Positions 47,799 to 56,704 of a DNA stretch of 64,000 bases are shown one piece after another. The notes beneath the pieces are model-generated. The model had not been told where the DNA came from and did no database searches. It saw only the letters and a program-made list of their open reading frames with translations. Both the position numbers and the translations under genes were made by a program. This DNA is from an uncultured Candidatus Kuenenia sp. (GTDB lineage Bacteria > Planctomycetota > Planctomycetia > Pirellulales > UBA1268). The first letter of the stretch is position 1. The number at the start of each line of letters is the position of its first letter. The stretch lies in assembly GCA_964581055.1 (NCBI GenBank), contig CAZOMJ010000076.1, forward strand, positions 3,059-67,058, in the 5' to 3' direction.

Positions 47799-48490
47799 GC
47801 CACGATGTCGCACGTGACGGCCACAAGGTGGTGGCGCCAATGGAGGATTGCTGGCGGCATGTCGGCGTGAATGGTGATCGCAGCTGCGCCGAGTTGTCCA
47901 CCTTCGTCCACTGTCGCAACTGCCCCGTGCTCGCGTCCGCAGCCCGCCGCTTCTTCGACCGTCCCGCGCCCGCCGGCTACCTCGAATCATGGCAGGACAT
48001 GCTCGAGCAGCCCGAAGCGGCCCCCGATGCAGACTCCAGAAGCGTGCTCGTCTTCCGGCTCGGCAACGAATGGCTGGCGCTGCCCACGGCCGTGCTCGTC
48101 GAAGTCACCCAGCCGCGTCAACCACACGGACTGCCGCATCGCTCGGGCCAGCTGCTTGCCGGAATCGTAAACATCCGTGGCCAGCTGCAGTTGTGCGTCC
48201 GGCTCGAGGGTATCCTGGGGCTGGATGCGCCGTCCACGCAGCCGCCACCCGTGGCACCCACGGCACGGCTGCTCGTGGTTGAGCGCACAGGTGCGCGATG
48301 GGCCTTCGGTGTCGACGAAGTTGCGGGCGTGCACCGCGTGCCAGGGTGGTCACTGCGCGACGTGCCAGCGACCGTCAGCGGTGCGGACATGCGTGCGACG
48401 GTGGCGCTCTTTGCCTGGCAGGACAGGACGGTGGGGCTTCTCGACGCGGCCAGGCTGCTGGATGGCCTGCACAGGCGAATTTCGGGGTGA
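47795..48490 (+). CDS. CheW-like protein with Cys-rich N-terminus (WspD-like)
   Basis: 'DCWRHVGVNGDRSC..L...VHCRNCPV' is the WspD-type N-terminus, followed by a CheW core. Confidence 0.88.
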   Translation: MSHDVARDGHKVVAPMEDCWRHVGVNGDRSCAELSTFVHCRNCPVLASAARRFFDRPAPAGYLESWQDMLEQPEAAPDADSRSVLVFRLGNEWLALPTAVLVEVTQPRQPHGLPHRSGQLLAGIVNIRGQLQLCVRLEGILGLDAPSTQPPPVAPTARLLVVERTGARWAFGVDEVAGVHRVPGWSLRDVPATVSGADMRATVALFAWQDRTVGLLDAARLLDGLHRRISG

Positions 48491-48518
48491 CGGACGACTG
48501 CGGCCAGGAGCTCGTGCG

Positions 48519-50825
48519 GTGGAAGACCTGAGCACATTCTCGATGCTGGATCTGTTCCGACTGGAGGCGGACACCCAGACGGCCGTGCTGTCGGCCGGCG
48601 TGCTGGCGATCGAGGAGCTGGAGCATTCCCCGACCACGATCGAATCGATGATGCGGGCGGCGCACTCCCTCAAGGGTGCCGCACGGATCATCGGCCTCGA
48701 ACCCGCCGTGCGGGTCGCCCACGTCATGGAGGAGGTGTTCGTGGCGGCCGGCAAGGGGGTCTTCACGATACGCCCCGAACATGCCGACACACTGCTGGCG
48801 GGCATCGATTTCCTCGGTTCGATCGCCCGGGCAGACGATGCGTTGATTCCGGATGGACCGTCGACAGAGCGGGCCACTGAACTGGTCAAGAGACTGGCAG
48901 CGGTCCTGGCCGCTCCCGCCAGCTCTGCCCCGATCCAACGTCCAGCTGCAGTGACCACGGCGGAGACCGCAGCCCCGCCCCAGACGCCCCTGCCCGAGGC
49001 GACCCTGCCCGAGGCGATCGCTACCGCCGGCCCCGCTACTCCGACACCGCCGGTCTTCGAGCCTGTCGATCGGGTGGTGCGGGTATCCGCCGACAGTCTG
49101 ACACGCCTTGTCGGGCTCGCAGGTGAATCGCTGGTCGAGTCGCGGCAGCTTCGCCCCTTCATCGACGGGCTGTTGTCGCTTCGCAGCACGCAGTCGAAGC
49201 TCTGCGACACGATCGCGGCGCTCGACGACCAACTCGACCGGGGTGATCGTGATTCGACCGCTTCACGGACCGGACTGCTCGGCGTACTCCGCGAGCAGGC
49301 CGACACCGTCCTCTCCGGGCTCACCAGGCAATGCGAGGCGTTCGAAAGCTTCGCCGGCCGCAACGAGGACCTTTCGAGCAGGCTGCACCACGAGGTTCTC
49401 ACCAGCAGGATGCGGCCGCTCGCCGACTGCATCCGCGGTTTCCCCCGGCTGGTCCGCGACGTGTCACGGTCCCTCGGCAAGCAGGTGCGACTGGAAGTGC
49501 GCGGTGAGCAGACGGGCGTGGACCGCGACATCCTCGAGAAGCTGGAAGCGCCGCTCTCTCACCTCATCCGCAATGCGCTCGACCATGGAATCGAACGGAC
49601 GGACCGCCGGGAAGCCGCCGGGAAGCCGGCCGTCGGCACGATCCTGCTCGAGGCGAGGCACCGCGCGGGCATGCTCCACATCACGATCACCGACGATGGC
49701 GAGGGCATCGACATCGAGACGATCCGGGCACGGGCCGTCGCCCTCGGACTTGTCGCGAGCCAGGTCGCGGACCAGCTCTCGACGTCGGAACTGCTGGAGT
49801 TCCTCTTCTTGCCCGGGTTCTCCACCAGAAACGAGGTCACGGAGATTTCCGGCCGGGGCGTCGGCCTGGACGTGGTGCAGAGCATGGCGAAGGCTGTGGG
49901 AGGCAGCGTGCGGGTGACGACCCAGTCCGGCAGGCAGACAGCCTTCACGCTCCAGCTGCCGATCACCATGTCGGTGATCCGGGCGCTGCTGGTCGATATC
50001 GGCGGTGAACCCTATGCCTTCCCACTGACGCGGATCGACCAGATTCTCTCCTGCAGGCACGCCGATATCCGCGTGGTGGAGGGCCGCCAGTACGTCGATC
50101 GTGACGGGGTCTCGATCGGCCTCGTCCTGGCGGCGCAGGTCCTCGGCCTGGCCCCGCCCCAGGCCCGGGCGGCGGGCGATGCCCTGCCGGTGGTCGTGAT
50201 CAGCGATCGCGGCCAGCAGTTCGGCATGATCGTCGGTGCCTTTCTGGGCGAGCGTGATCTGGAGGTTCGCCCTCTCGATCCGCGGCTGGGGAAGGTGCCT
50301 GACATCAGCAGCGCCTCCCTGCTCGAAAATGGCAGCCCCGTGCTGATCGTCGATGTGGACGACCTCGTGCGTTCGATTGACGGCCTGTTGACGGGACGAC
50401 GCCTGACACGCGTGGAGTTCGCCCGGATGGCGGAGCGAGCCCGGCGGCACAAACGGATCCTCGTAGTGGACGATTCGATCACCGTGCGGGAACTCGAGCG
50501 GCAACTGCTGCAGTCACGGGGCTTCGACGTCGACGTCGCGGTCGACGGGATGGACGGCTGGAACGCCATCCGCGGCGGGCAATATGACCTCGTTGTGAGC
50601 GACGTCGACATGCCTCGTCTGGACGGCATCGGGCTGGTCTCGTTGCTCAAAGCCGACCCGGACCACAGGAACGTCCCCATCGTCATCGTCTCGTACAAGG
50701 ACCGCGAGGAGGATCGGCTTCGTGGGCTCGAAGCCGGCGCGAACCGCTACCTGACCAAAGCCAGCTTCCACGACGAGACCTTCCTTCATACGATCATCGA
50801 CCTGATCGGCGAGCCGACCGGCTGA
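48519..50825 (+). CDS. Hybrid CheA histidine kinase / receiver (WspE-like)
   Basis: Hpt 'AAHSLKGAA', HATPase 'HLIRNALDHG..GRGVGLDVV', CheW domain, and REC 'VVSDVDMP'. GTG start 8 nt after AGGAG. Confidence 0.93.
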   Translation: MEDLSTFSMLDLFRLEADTQTAVLSAGVLAIEELEHSPTTIESMMRAAHSLKGAARIIGLEPAVRVAHVMEEVFVAAGKGVFTIRPEHADTLLAGIDFLGSIARADDALIPDGPSTERATELVKRLAAVLAAPASSAPIQRPAAVTTAETAAPPQTPLPEATLPEAIATAGPATPTPPVFEPVDRVVRVSADSLTRLVGLAGESLVESRQLRPFIDGLLSLRSTQSKLCDTIAALDDQLDRGDRDSTASRTGLLGVLREQADTVLSGLTRQCEAFESFAGRNEDLSSRLHHEVLTSRMRPLADCIRGFPRLVRDVSRSLGKQVRLEVRGEQTGVDRDILEKLEAPLSHLIRNALDHGIERTDRREAAGKPAVGTILLEARHRAGMLHITITDDGEGIDIETIRARAVALGLVASQVADQLSTSELLEFLFLPGFSTRNEVTEISGRGVGLDVVQSMAKAVGGSVRVTTQSGRQTAFTLQLPITMSVIRALLVDIGGEPYAFPLTRIDQILSCRHADIRVVEGRQYVDRDGVSIGLVLAAQVLGLAPPQARAAGDALPVVVISDRGQQFGMIVGAFLGERDLEVRPLDPRLGKVPDISSASLLENGSPVLIVDVDDLVRSIDGLLTGRRLTRVEFARMAERARRHKRILVVDDSITVRELERQLLQSRGFDVDVAVDGMDGWNAIRGGQYDLVVSDVDMPRLDGIGLVSLLKADPDHRNVPIVIVSYKDREEDRLRGLEAGANRYLTKASFHDETFLHTIIDLIGEPTG

Positions 50826-50867
50826 ATCGATGCACAAGTCCGCGTGGTGACAGGGAGCCGAGGGACC

Positions 50868-51872
50868 GTGAGAATAGCGATTGTCAATGACGTACGGGCG
50901 GCCGCGGAGTCTCTGCGTCGGGTGGTCAGCAGCCTGCCCGACCACACCGTTGCCTGGACGGCAGCCGACGGCGTGGAGGCGATCGCGATGGCGAAACGCG
51001 ACCGCCCCGACCTGATCCTGATGGATCTGATCATGCCGCACGTGAATGGCGTGCAGGCCACGCGACAGATCATGGCCGGCAGCCCGTGTGCGATCCTGAT
51101 CGTCACCGCCACGGTGAGCGGAAATATTTCGCTCGTCTACGATGCCATGGGGTTTGGCGCGCTCGACGCGGTCGATACTCCCACGCTGGGCCCGACCGGC
51201 GATATGACGGGGGCCGGAGCGCTCGTCGAGAAGATCGCCACCGTCGCCAAACTCGTCGGTTCTCACGCCGATGCCCGGCGGACCAGGAAGGGCGACGCCC
51301 TCCCGGCAACGCCACAGATGCTCGTCATCGGCGCTTCGACCGGAGGACCCAAGGCACTCGCCGACCTGCTCCAGCCCCTGCCACGCGATTGGAACGTGGC
51401 CGTCGTCATCGTGCAGCATGTGGATGTCGCCTTCTCGCAAGGGCTGGCCACGTGGCTGGCAGACCGCACGGGCCATGCCGTCCGCGTGGCCGAGCACGGT
51501 GAGCGGCCGCAGGCCGGAGCCGTGTTGCTGGCTGGCACCAACGACCATCTCGTGCTGTCGAAGAACCGCACGCTCGAATATTGCGAGGAACCGCGGGAAC
51601 TGTTCTTCCGCCCGAGCGTCGATGTCTTCTTCGAAAGCGTGGCCGACCATTGGCCGCTTGCCGGCACGGCCCTCCTGCTTACCGGCATGGGCAGGGACGG
51701 TGCGAAGGGCATGTCGCGACTGCGTGCCTGCGGCTGGCACACGATCGCGCAGGACGAGGCCACGAGCGTCGTCTGGAGCATGCCCAAGGCCGCCATCGAC
51801 CTGGGGGCCGCATGCGAGGTGCTCGCCATCGGGCAGATGCCGCCGACGATCCTGTCGCGGATGAGTCGCTGA
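50868..51872 (+). CDS. cheB: CheB methylesterase response regulator (WspF-like)
   Basis: REC 'PDLILMDLIMP'. Catalytic motifs 'GASTGG', 'VQH' and 'LTGMGRDG'. Confidence 0.92.
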   Translation: MRIAIVNDVRAAAESLRRVVSSLPDHTVAWTAADGVEAIAMAKRDRPDLILMDLIMPHVNGVQATRQIMAGSPCAILIVTATVSGNISLVYDAMGFGALDAVDTPTLGPTGDMTGAGALVEKIATVAKLVGSHADARRTRKGDALPATPQMLVIGASTGGPKALADLLQPLPRDWNVAVVIVQHVDVAFSQGLATWLADRTGHAVRVAEHGERPQAGAVLLAGTNDHLVLSKNRTLEYCEEPRELFFRPSVDVFFESVADHWPLAGTALLLTGMGRDGAKGMSRLRACGWHTIAQDEATSVVWSMPKAAIDLGAACEVLAIGQMPPTILSRMSR

Positions 51873-51882
51873 CCGCAAGCGA

Positions 51883-52719
51883 TCAGGGGATCACGAAGCG
51901 GAACCGCTGCTCGCCGCACCGGAAGAAACAGTAGGGCGTCAGCCCTACGGCGGAGATCGACACCCAGATGCCGTTGCGGGTGGTCTCCGCGGAAATCATC
52001 CACGTGCCGTCCCGCAGCCGTTTGAGTTCGGCGTGCCGGTTTGCCAGCAAGGGGTCGTCGAGTTCGATGTCGGCACCCCCGCCCGCCCGACCGATCACAA
52101 GCCTGTCCGAACGCAGCGAAAACTCGACCGCGCCCGGCTTCGTGGAGGCCTCCACCAGAACCGGCCACACGGTCTCCGGAATGTGCGCGCCGTCCATGAG
52201 GTTGGTGTGGTGACCGACCGCGGCCATCGAGTTGGGCTTGAGCGGGTTGCGGAGCCGGAACCGCCGGGCCCCGAGGATAAGGATCGCGTTTTGATGCAGC
52301 ACGGCACGGACGCACCGCACGAACGTGCCATTGACACTTTCGAGGTCGTGCAAATGCCACTGGAAGCCGCCCCTCCACGGCGTGCGGCGGATCTCCGCAT
52401 GGGCGCCCGAGATCGAAGCGTCGTTGGGCAGTTGGACGTCGCCCGATGTGCGGCCGATCGAGAATCGTTCGCATCGCAGCCGCACGTCCTCTCCCTCCTC
52501 CAGCGACCCGTCATCGAGCACGCTCAGCACCGGCACGGGGGGCCGCAGGCTCGGCCGGAAATCATGGCTGTCTTCGGGGGCATACTTCGGCTCGGCAGCG
52601 CGGCCGAAAGCATCCGGTTCCGACACCCATTTCACGATCCGGCGGACCGACGCAAACTCCTCCACGACCGGCGGCAAGGTGTTGCCACCGAGCGGCTGAT
52701 TGTCGACATCCTCGGGCAT
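51883..52719 (-). CDS. Tandem FHA-domain protein
   Basis: Two FHA-like cores, 'IGRTSGDVQLPNDASISGAHAEI..DLESVNGTFV' and 'IGRAGG..DDPLLANRHAEL..TRNGIWV'. Confidence 0.85.
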   Translation of the reverse strand: MPEDVDNQPLGGNTLPPVVEEFASVRRIVKWVSEPDAFGRAAEPKYAPEDSHDFRPSLRPPVPVLSVLDDGSLEEGEDVRLRCERFSIGRTSGDVQLPNDASISGAHAEIRRTPWRGGFQWHLHDLESVNGTFVRCVRAVLHQNAILILGARRFRLRNPLKPNSMAAVGHHTNLMDGAHIPETVWPVLVEASTKPGAVEFSLRSDRLVIGRAGGGADIELDDPLLANRHAELKRLRDGTWMISAETTRNGIWVSISAVGLTPYCFFRCGEQRFRFVIP

Positions 52720-52781
52720 GCGACTCCTCACTCTTTTGCGACACGCTCATCTGGACGGCCAACGGCCGCGTACCAGCGAGT

Positions 52782-54329
52782 CTATTCTACCCCACCATCA
52801 GGGTGCTGCGACTGGCCGCGCTCGAGGAGACGCATCACGTCGAGCACGATCCGCTCGGACCACAGGGGATCGGCGGCCGGCGGCGCGCCCGGCACGCCCA
52901 CCACCTGCACACCGATGGGCAGGCCACGGCTGTCCCGATCGGCGGCGACCGCCGCCTGCACGACGCGATCACGACTCAGGACACGCCCGTTTTCCTCATC
53001 CGGCCACACCCGCGTCATCGGCACGGTTCCTGCCGGCAGATCGAGCAAATTGGCCAGCATGCAGGGCGCCGCCGCCAGCACCAGCCTGGCGGCGGTGCCA
53101 TGCCGCAGTGCCGGCAGGGCCGACACCGGACAGACCAGCGCATCATATGGGGCCACCGTCGCGGCGAACCGCGTCGCGAACTCCGCCCGCCGGCCGTGGA
53201 GTGACTCCAGCGCCCGAGCGTTCCTGGGGCCGGTGGCACGCAGGGCATTGGCCTCGATGCCGCCCCCCACAGCCTGCGAGAGACACGCGAGCAGTGACCG
53301 CAGCCACACCGGGAGACCTGCCAGCCGGAGCAGCCTTGCCACCGGCGGGATCGGTCGTTCGCCGGCGAACAGCCGGCTGATGTCGGCCCCTCCATCGGCC
53401 GACAGCACCGCCAGGTGCAGCCATGCAGCTTCCGCGGCCAGACCGCCATCCATGCGGATCGTCTCCACTCCCACCCGCGCAAGGCGGCTCACCGCCTCAT
53501 GAACGGCTCTCCGCACGGCCGGCGATGGTTCGAGCGGCCCGGCATCATCCCACCAGGCGACCCGTAGACGACGGGCCGCGGCGACGCGGCCAGAGGCACC
53601 CGGCATGGCTTCGGCATCTCGAGCCCGCGAGTCGATGTGCCGCACGTGCACCACTGCTTCGAGAGCACAAGCCAGATCGTCGACCGTTCTGGCGAGGAAG
53701 CCGGCGCGGGGGCGGACGACCGTCAGGTGCGGCACGGTATCGAAGCCGCCGCCGTCGCCGACCACCGTCGACCGCGGCAGGAATCCGGCGATGCCGCATG
53801 CATGCGCCGGTTGCCGGATGCTCCCCGCCAAGTCCGTTCCCACGGCGAGCGGCACCACGCCTGCGGCGACCAGTGCAGCGTCGCCGCCGCTGGATCCCCC
53901 CGGGCCGCGAGTGGCGTCAAACGGATGGTTTGTGCGGCCCCAGACGGGATTGTCGGTCTCGTGCAGATACATCGCCTGGGGCACGTTGCCCTTGCCGACG
54001 ATGATCGCGCCGGCCTCCTGAAGACGGGCAACGATCGGGGCGTCCATGCCGTCGATTGCCTGCCGTCTCGACTTGATGCCGAGACTCGTCACCAGGCCCG
54101 CCACCGCGAAGCATTCCTTGACGCTCACCGGCACCCCGGCGAGCGGACCGGCGACCGCCCCCTCACGGAGCCGCGATTCAAGCAGGTCCGCGTCACAGCG
54201 GGCCGCGGCATGCCGCGGCTGCACCAACGCATTCAGGGCCGCCGCGGTCTCGCGATGTCGGGCAACGTGCTCCGACAACACGTCGCTCGGCCTCACCTCA
54301 CCGGCAGCCACGGCTTCCGCGATGCTCAC
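52782..54329 (-). CDS. Amidase signature family enzyme (FAAH-like)
   Basis: Lys in 'VSVKE', 'GGSSGG' and 'GTDLAGSIRQPA'. Start placed at GTG (SIAEAV). Confidence 0.9.
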   Translation of the reverse strand: MSIAEAVAAGEVRPSDVLSEHVARHRETAAALNALVQPRHAAARCDADLLESRLREGAVAGPLAGVPVSVKECFAVAGLVTSLGIKSRRQAIDGMDAPIVARLQEAGAIIVGKGNVPQAMYLHETDNPVWGRTNHPFDATRGPGGSSGGDAALVAAGVVPLAVGTDLAGSIRQPAHACGIAGFLPRSTVVGDGGGFDTVPHLTVVRPRAGFLARTVDDLACALEAVVHVRHIDSRARDAEAMPGASGRVAAARRLRVAWWDDAGPLEPSPAVRRAVHEAVSRLARVGVETIRMDGGLAAEAAWLHLAVLSADGGADISRLFAGERPIPPVARLLRLAGLPVWLRSLLACLSQAVGGGIEANALRATGPRNARALESLHGRRAEFATRFAATVAPYDALVCPVSALPALRHGTAARLVLAAAPCMLANLLDLPAGTVPMTRVWPDEENGRVLSRDRVVQAAVAADRDSRGLPIGVQVVGVPGAPPAADPLWSERIVLDVMRLLERGQSQHPDGGVE

Positions 54330-54388
54330 CGCCGATGCGGCCACTGCTGCTCCCTTAAGCCGCACGGCGGGTGCCAGGCGGCCGCGTG

Positions 54389-56485
54389 CTACTCCGGATC
54401 GGACCCCGACACCGGCTGCGGTGCGACCGGCCGCATGTCGGCGGCCCACACGGCGTCACCGTCGAACATCACGCCCGCGACCACGACACGGTCGCCGACG
54501 TCGGCCGGCGGAGCCAAGCGTGAGATGATCGACAGGCTGCGGTCGGTGCCATCTGCGTGTGCACCCGCAACCGACGCGCGCGTGCTCCAATAGGGGCCGA
54601 CCTGTCGCGATGCGCCCAGCGTGGCAACGACGGCGACTCCGTCATTCCGCCGCTTCTGGCTAGTAAGCCACATCCTGCCGAGCCTGTCGAGTTCCGCCAC
54701 GGCCGTATCGCTGACGCAGATCCGGTCGAAAAGGTCAGCGGCGGCAGCGGGTGTCGGCGAGAGCGGGCGGCCGGAATCGGCCGCCATGGTCTCAAGCCTG
54801 ACCAACTCCTCGCCGAGTTGTGCCAGCCGTCTGTACCACGTGACCAACGCCCGATCGTGGGCGGGGTCGCCAGCGTCGAAACTCGTGTCCCGCGTTCCAA
54901 ACTCCAGCGACTCAAATGCCTGCGTCGCACGCTCGGCGGCCATCTCCACGCCGGACAGGTCAAGCGGTGGCAATGCCGGAACTGCGGAGGCCGGCGCCGC
55001 CGGGACCGCGGTGTCGGTCGCAGCCACCAGAGCATCGAGACCAGACAACGCATCTGATGGCGGCAGTGCCGCAAGGCTTGAAGCCGCGGCCATCGCCGGG
55101 GCTGCCGTACCGGTGTCGGTGACATCGGCCTCAATGGCAGGGGCGGCCGCCGGTTCGGCAGACGGCGCCGGTTCGATGGGCTCCGCTGATCCCGCCCCTT
55201 CAGCCGGTGAGGCCACCACGACCGCCGTTTCCATCGGCTCGGCCGGCTTTGCGTCGGCCAACTCGGCATCGGAATCGACCGGCTCGGCGGCGACGGTGGC
55301 AGCCGGCTCTGCAGCGGGCGGCGTCGCTTCCTCAACCGGCGGCACGTCCTCGGCCGACGGCACGTCATCGAGCGACGGCACGTCATCGAGCGACGAGACG
55401 GCGTCGAGGTTGGAGCCCGCGGCCGGCTTCTTGGGCGGCTTGTACCCGGGCTGGAGTTTCTGTGGCAGCAGGAACGCCAACTGCGGCGGCATTTGCTTGC
55501 CGAATTTGAACGGATCCTTTTGGAATCCCCAGATCAAAATTGCGTATGTGATCGGCAGCGCCATCAGCCCGCCCAGCACCACGCCGACCATCTGGCCGAG
55601 GCCGCCCCCTTTTTTCTTCGCAACCGCCGGCCTGCCGCCGGTCGAGGCCACGGCTGCCCCTGCCGCAGCAACGGCGGCGCCGGCCACGGCGACGGAGGGA
55701 TTGAGGGGAATCGAGGCGGGATCGTCCTGCCACGGCTCCGCCGCATCGCCCGCCGGCTCGAACGGTTCGCTGTCGGCGAACGGAGGCGTGCCACCCATCA
55801 TACCGGCATCGAAAGACACGTCGTCGGAGTGCGCTTCGTTGACTGGCTCGCCAAAATCGGCTGCCGCATCGAGATCCTCTCCCGACGCGAGAGCCTCTGC
55901 TGCAATCGCCTCGCCCTCGACGTCCAGCAACCCCAGTTCGTGGGCGATGTCCTTGTCGTCAAATGCGTTATCGACGGCATCGCCAACGCCGAAGTCATCC
56001 GAGGCGCCGCGTTCGACCGCGTCGGCCATGGAGATGATGCCAGACTGCCCGGTCCCGATGAGAATTTCCGACCCGGCAGACTCGGCATCCGGTGGTGGAA
56101 ACAGGGCCAGGGGAATCTCGCCTGCCGCCGCATCGCGCTGGCCGTCATCGTCCAGAGCCGCATCGCCCCCAAATGGCGACTCATCCGCATGGGATGGCTC
56201 CCCATCATCAGGCTCCCCCTGATCAAACACCCTGTCGTCGGAGTTCCCGTGAATCGACGCGACGATGGGTTGCGACTCGTGTTCGACCGGATGTTCGAGC
56301 GGATGTTCACCAGCGGAATGGTCGCCGGCAGGTGGCCCGATCATCGGCTCATCACCGTCCGCCACCTCCTCGCCGAGCCCGTCGAAGGAAAACGCAAAAT
56401 CCTCCCCTTTGTCTTCCGCGCCGCCGATGTCCAATCCGGCCCACGGATCCTGCTCGGGAAGCTGTTTGTCGTCGTCGGTCGCCAT
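54389..56485 (-). CDS. Hypothetical single-TM protein with very acidic N-terminus
   Basis: Long D/E-rich region, 'KKKGGG' plus TM (MVGVVLGGLMALPITYAILIWG), Pro/Ala linker and globular C-terminus. GGAGG RBS before ATG 56485. Confidence 0.75.
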   Translation of the reverse strand: MATDDDKQLPEQDPWAGLDIGGAEDKGEDFAFSFDGLGEEVADGDEPMIGPPAGDHSAGEHPLEHPVEHESQPIVASIHGNSDDRVFDQGEPDDGEPSHADESPFGGDAALDDDGQRDAAAGEIPLALFPPPDAESAGSEILIGTGQSGIISMADAVERGASDDFGVGDAVDNAFDDKDIAHELGLLDVEGEAIAAEALASGEDLDAAADFGEPVNEAHSDDVSFDAGMMGGTPPFADSEPFEPAGDAAEPWQDDPASIPLNPSVAVAGAAVAAAGAAVASTGGRPAVAKKKGGGLGQMVGVVLGGLMALPITYAILIWGFQKDPFKFGKQMPPQLAFLLPQKLQPGYKPPKKPAAGSNLDAVSSLDDVPSLDDVPSAEDVPPVEEATPPAAEPAATVAAEPVDSDAELADAKPAEPMETAVVVASPAEGAGSAEPIEPAPSAEPAAAPAIEADVTDTGTAAPAMAAASSLAALPPSDALSGLDALVAATDTAVPAAPASAVPALPPLDLSGVEMAAERATQAFESLEFGTRDTSFDAGDPAHDRALVTWYRRLAQLGEELVRLETMAADSGRPLSPTPAAAADLFDRICVSDTAVAELDRLGRMWLTSQKRRNDGVAVVATLGASRQVGPYWSTRASVAGAHADGTDRSLSIISRLAPPADVGDRVVVAGVMFDGDAVWAADMRPVAPQPVSGSDPE
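55342..55396 (-). repeat. Intragenic 18-bp tandem repeat (SLDDVP x2 + SAEDVP)
   Basis: cgacggcacgtcatcgag repeated, with one variant unit. Confidence 0.8.
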
Positions 56486-56704
56486 CGATTCCTCCCTACC
56501 GGCCGCCATCGCGTTGTGCAGTGCATCTGTGCCGGCCTTGCCGCCGCTCGAAGAGGCGTTGCCGGGGCATCGAAAGTCTACCATCGCCCCGCCGGCGTCC
56601 GAAAAGGCGGAAAGAACGGGTTGCCGGGGCGACCGTCCCTTCAACCATCCCTCCACTGAGTCCGACGATGTTTCCGTGGGGAGGCGGCCCGCAGCCCCCG
56701 TCCT

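Noticed and set aside
48177-48518. N-terminal extension of CheA in the ORF track
   Set aside because: It overlaps the upstream CheW gene. An RBS plus GTG at 48519 gives a WspE-like start.
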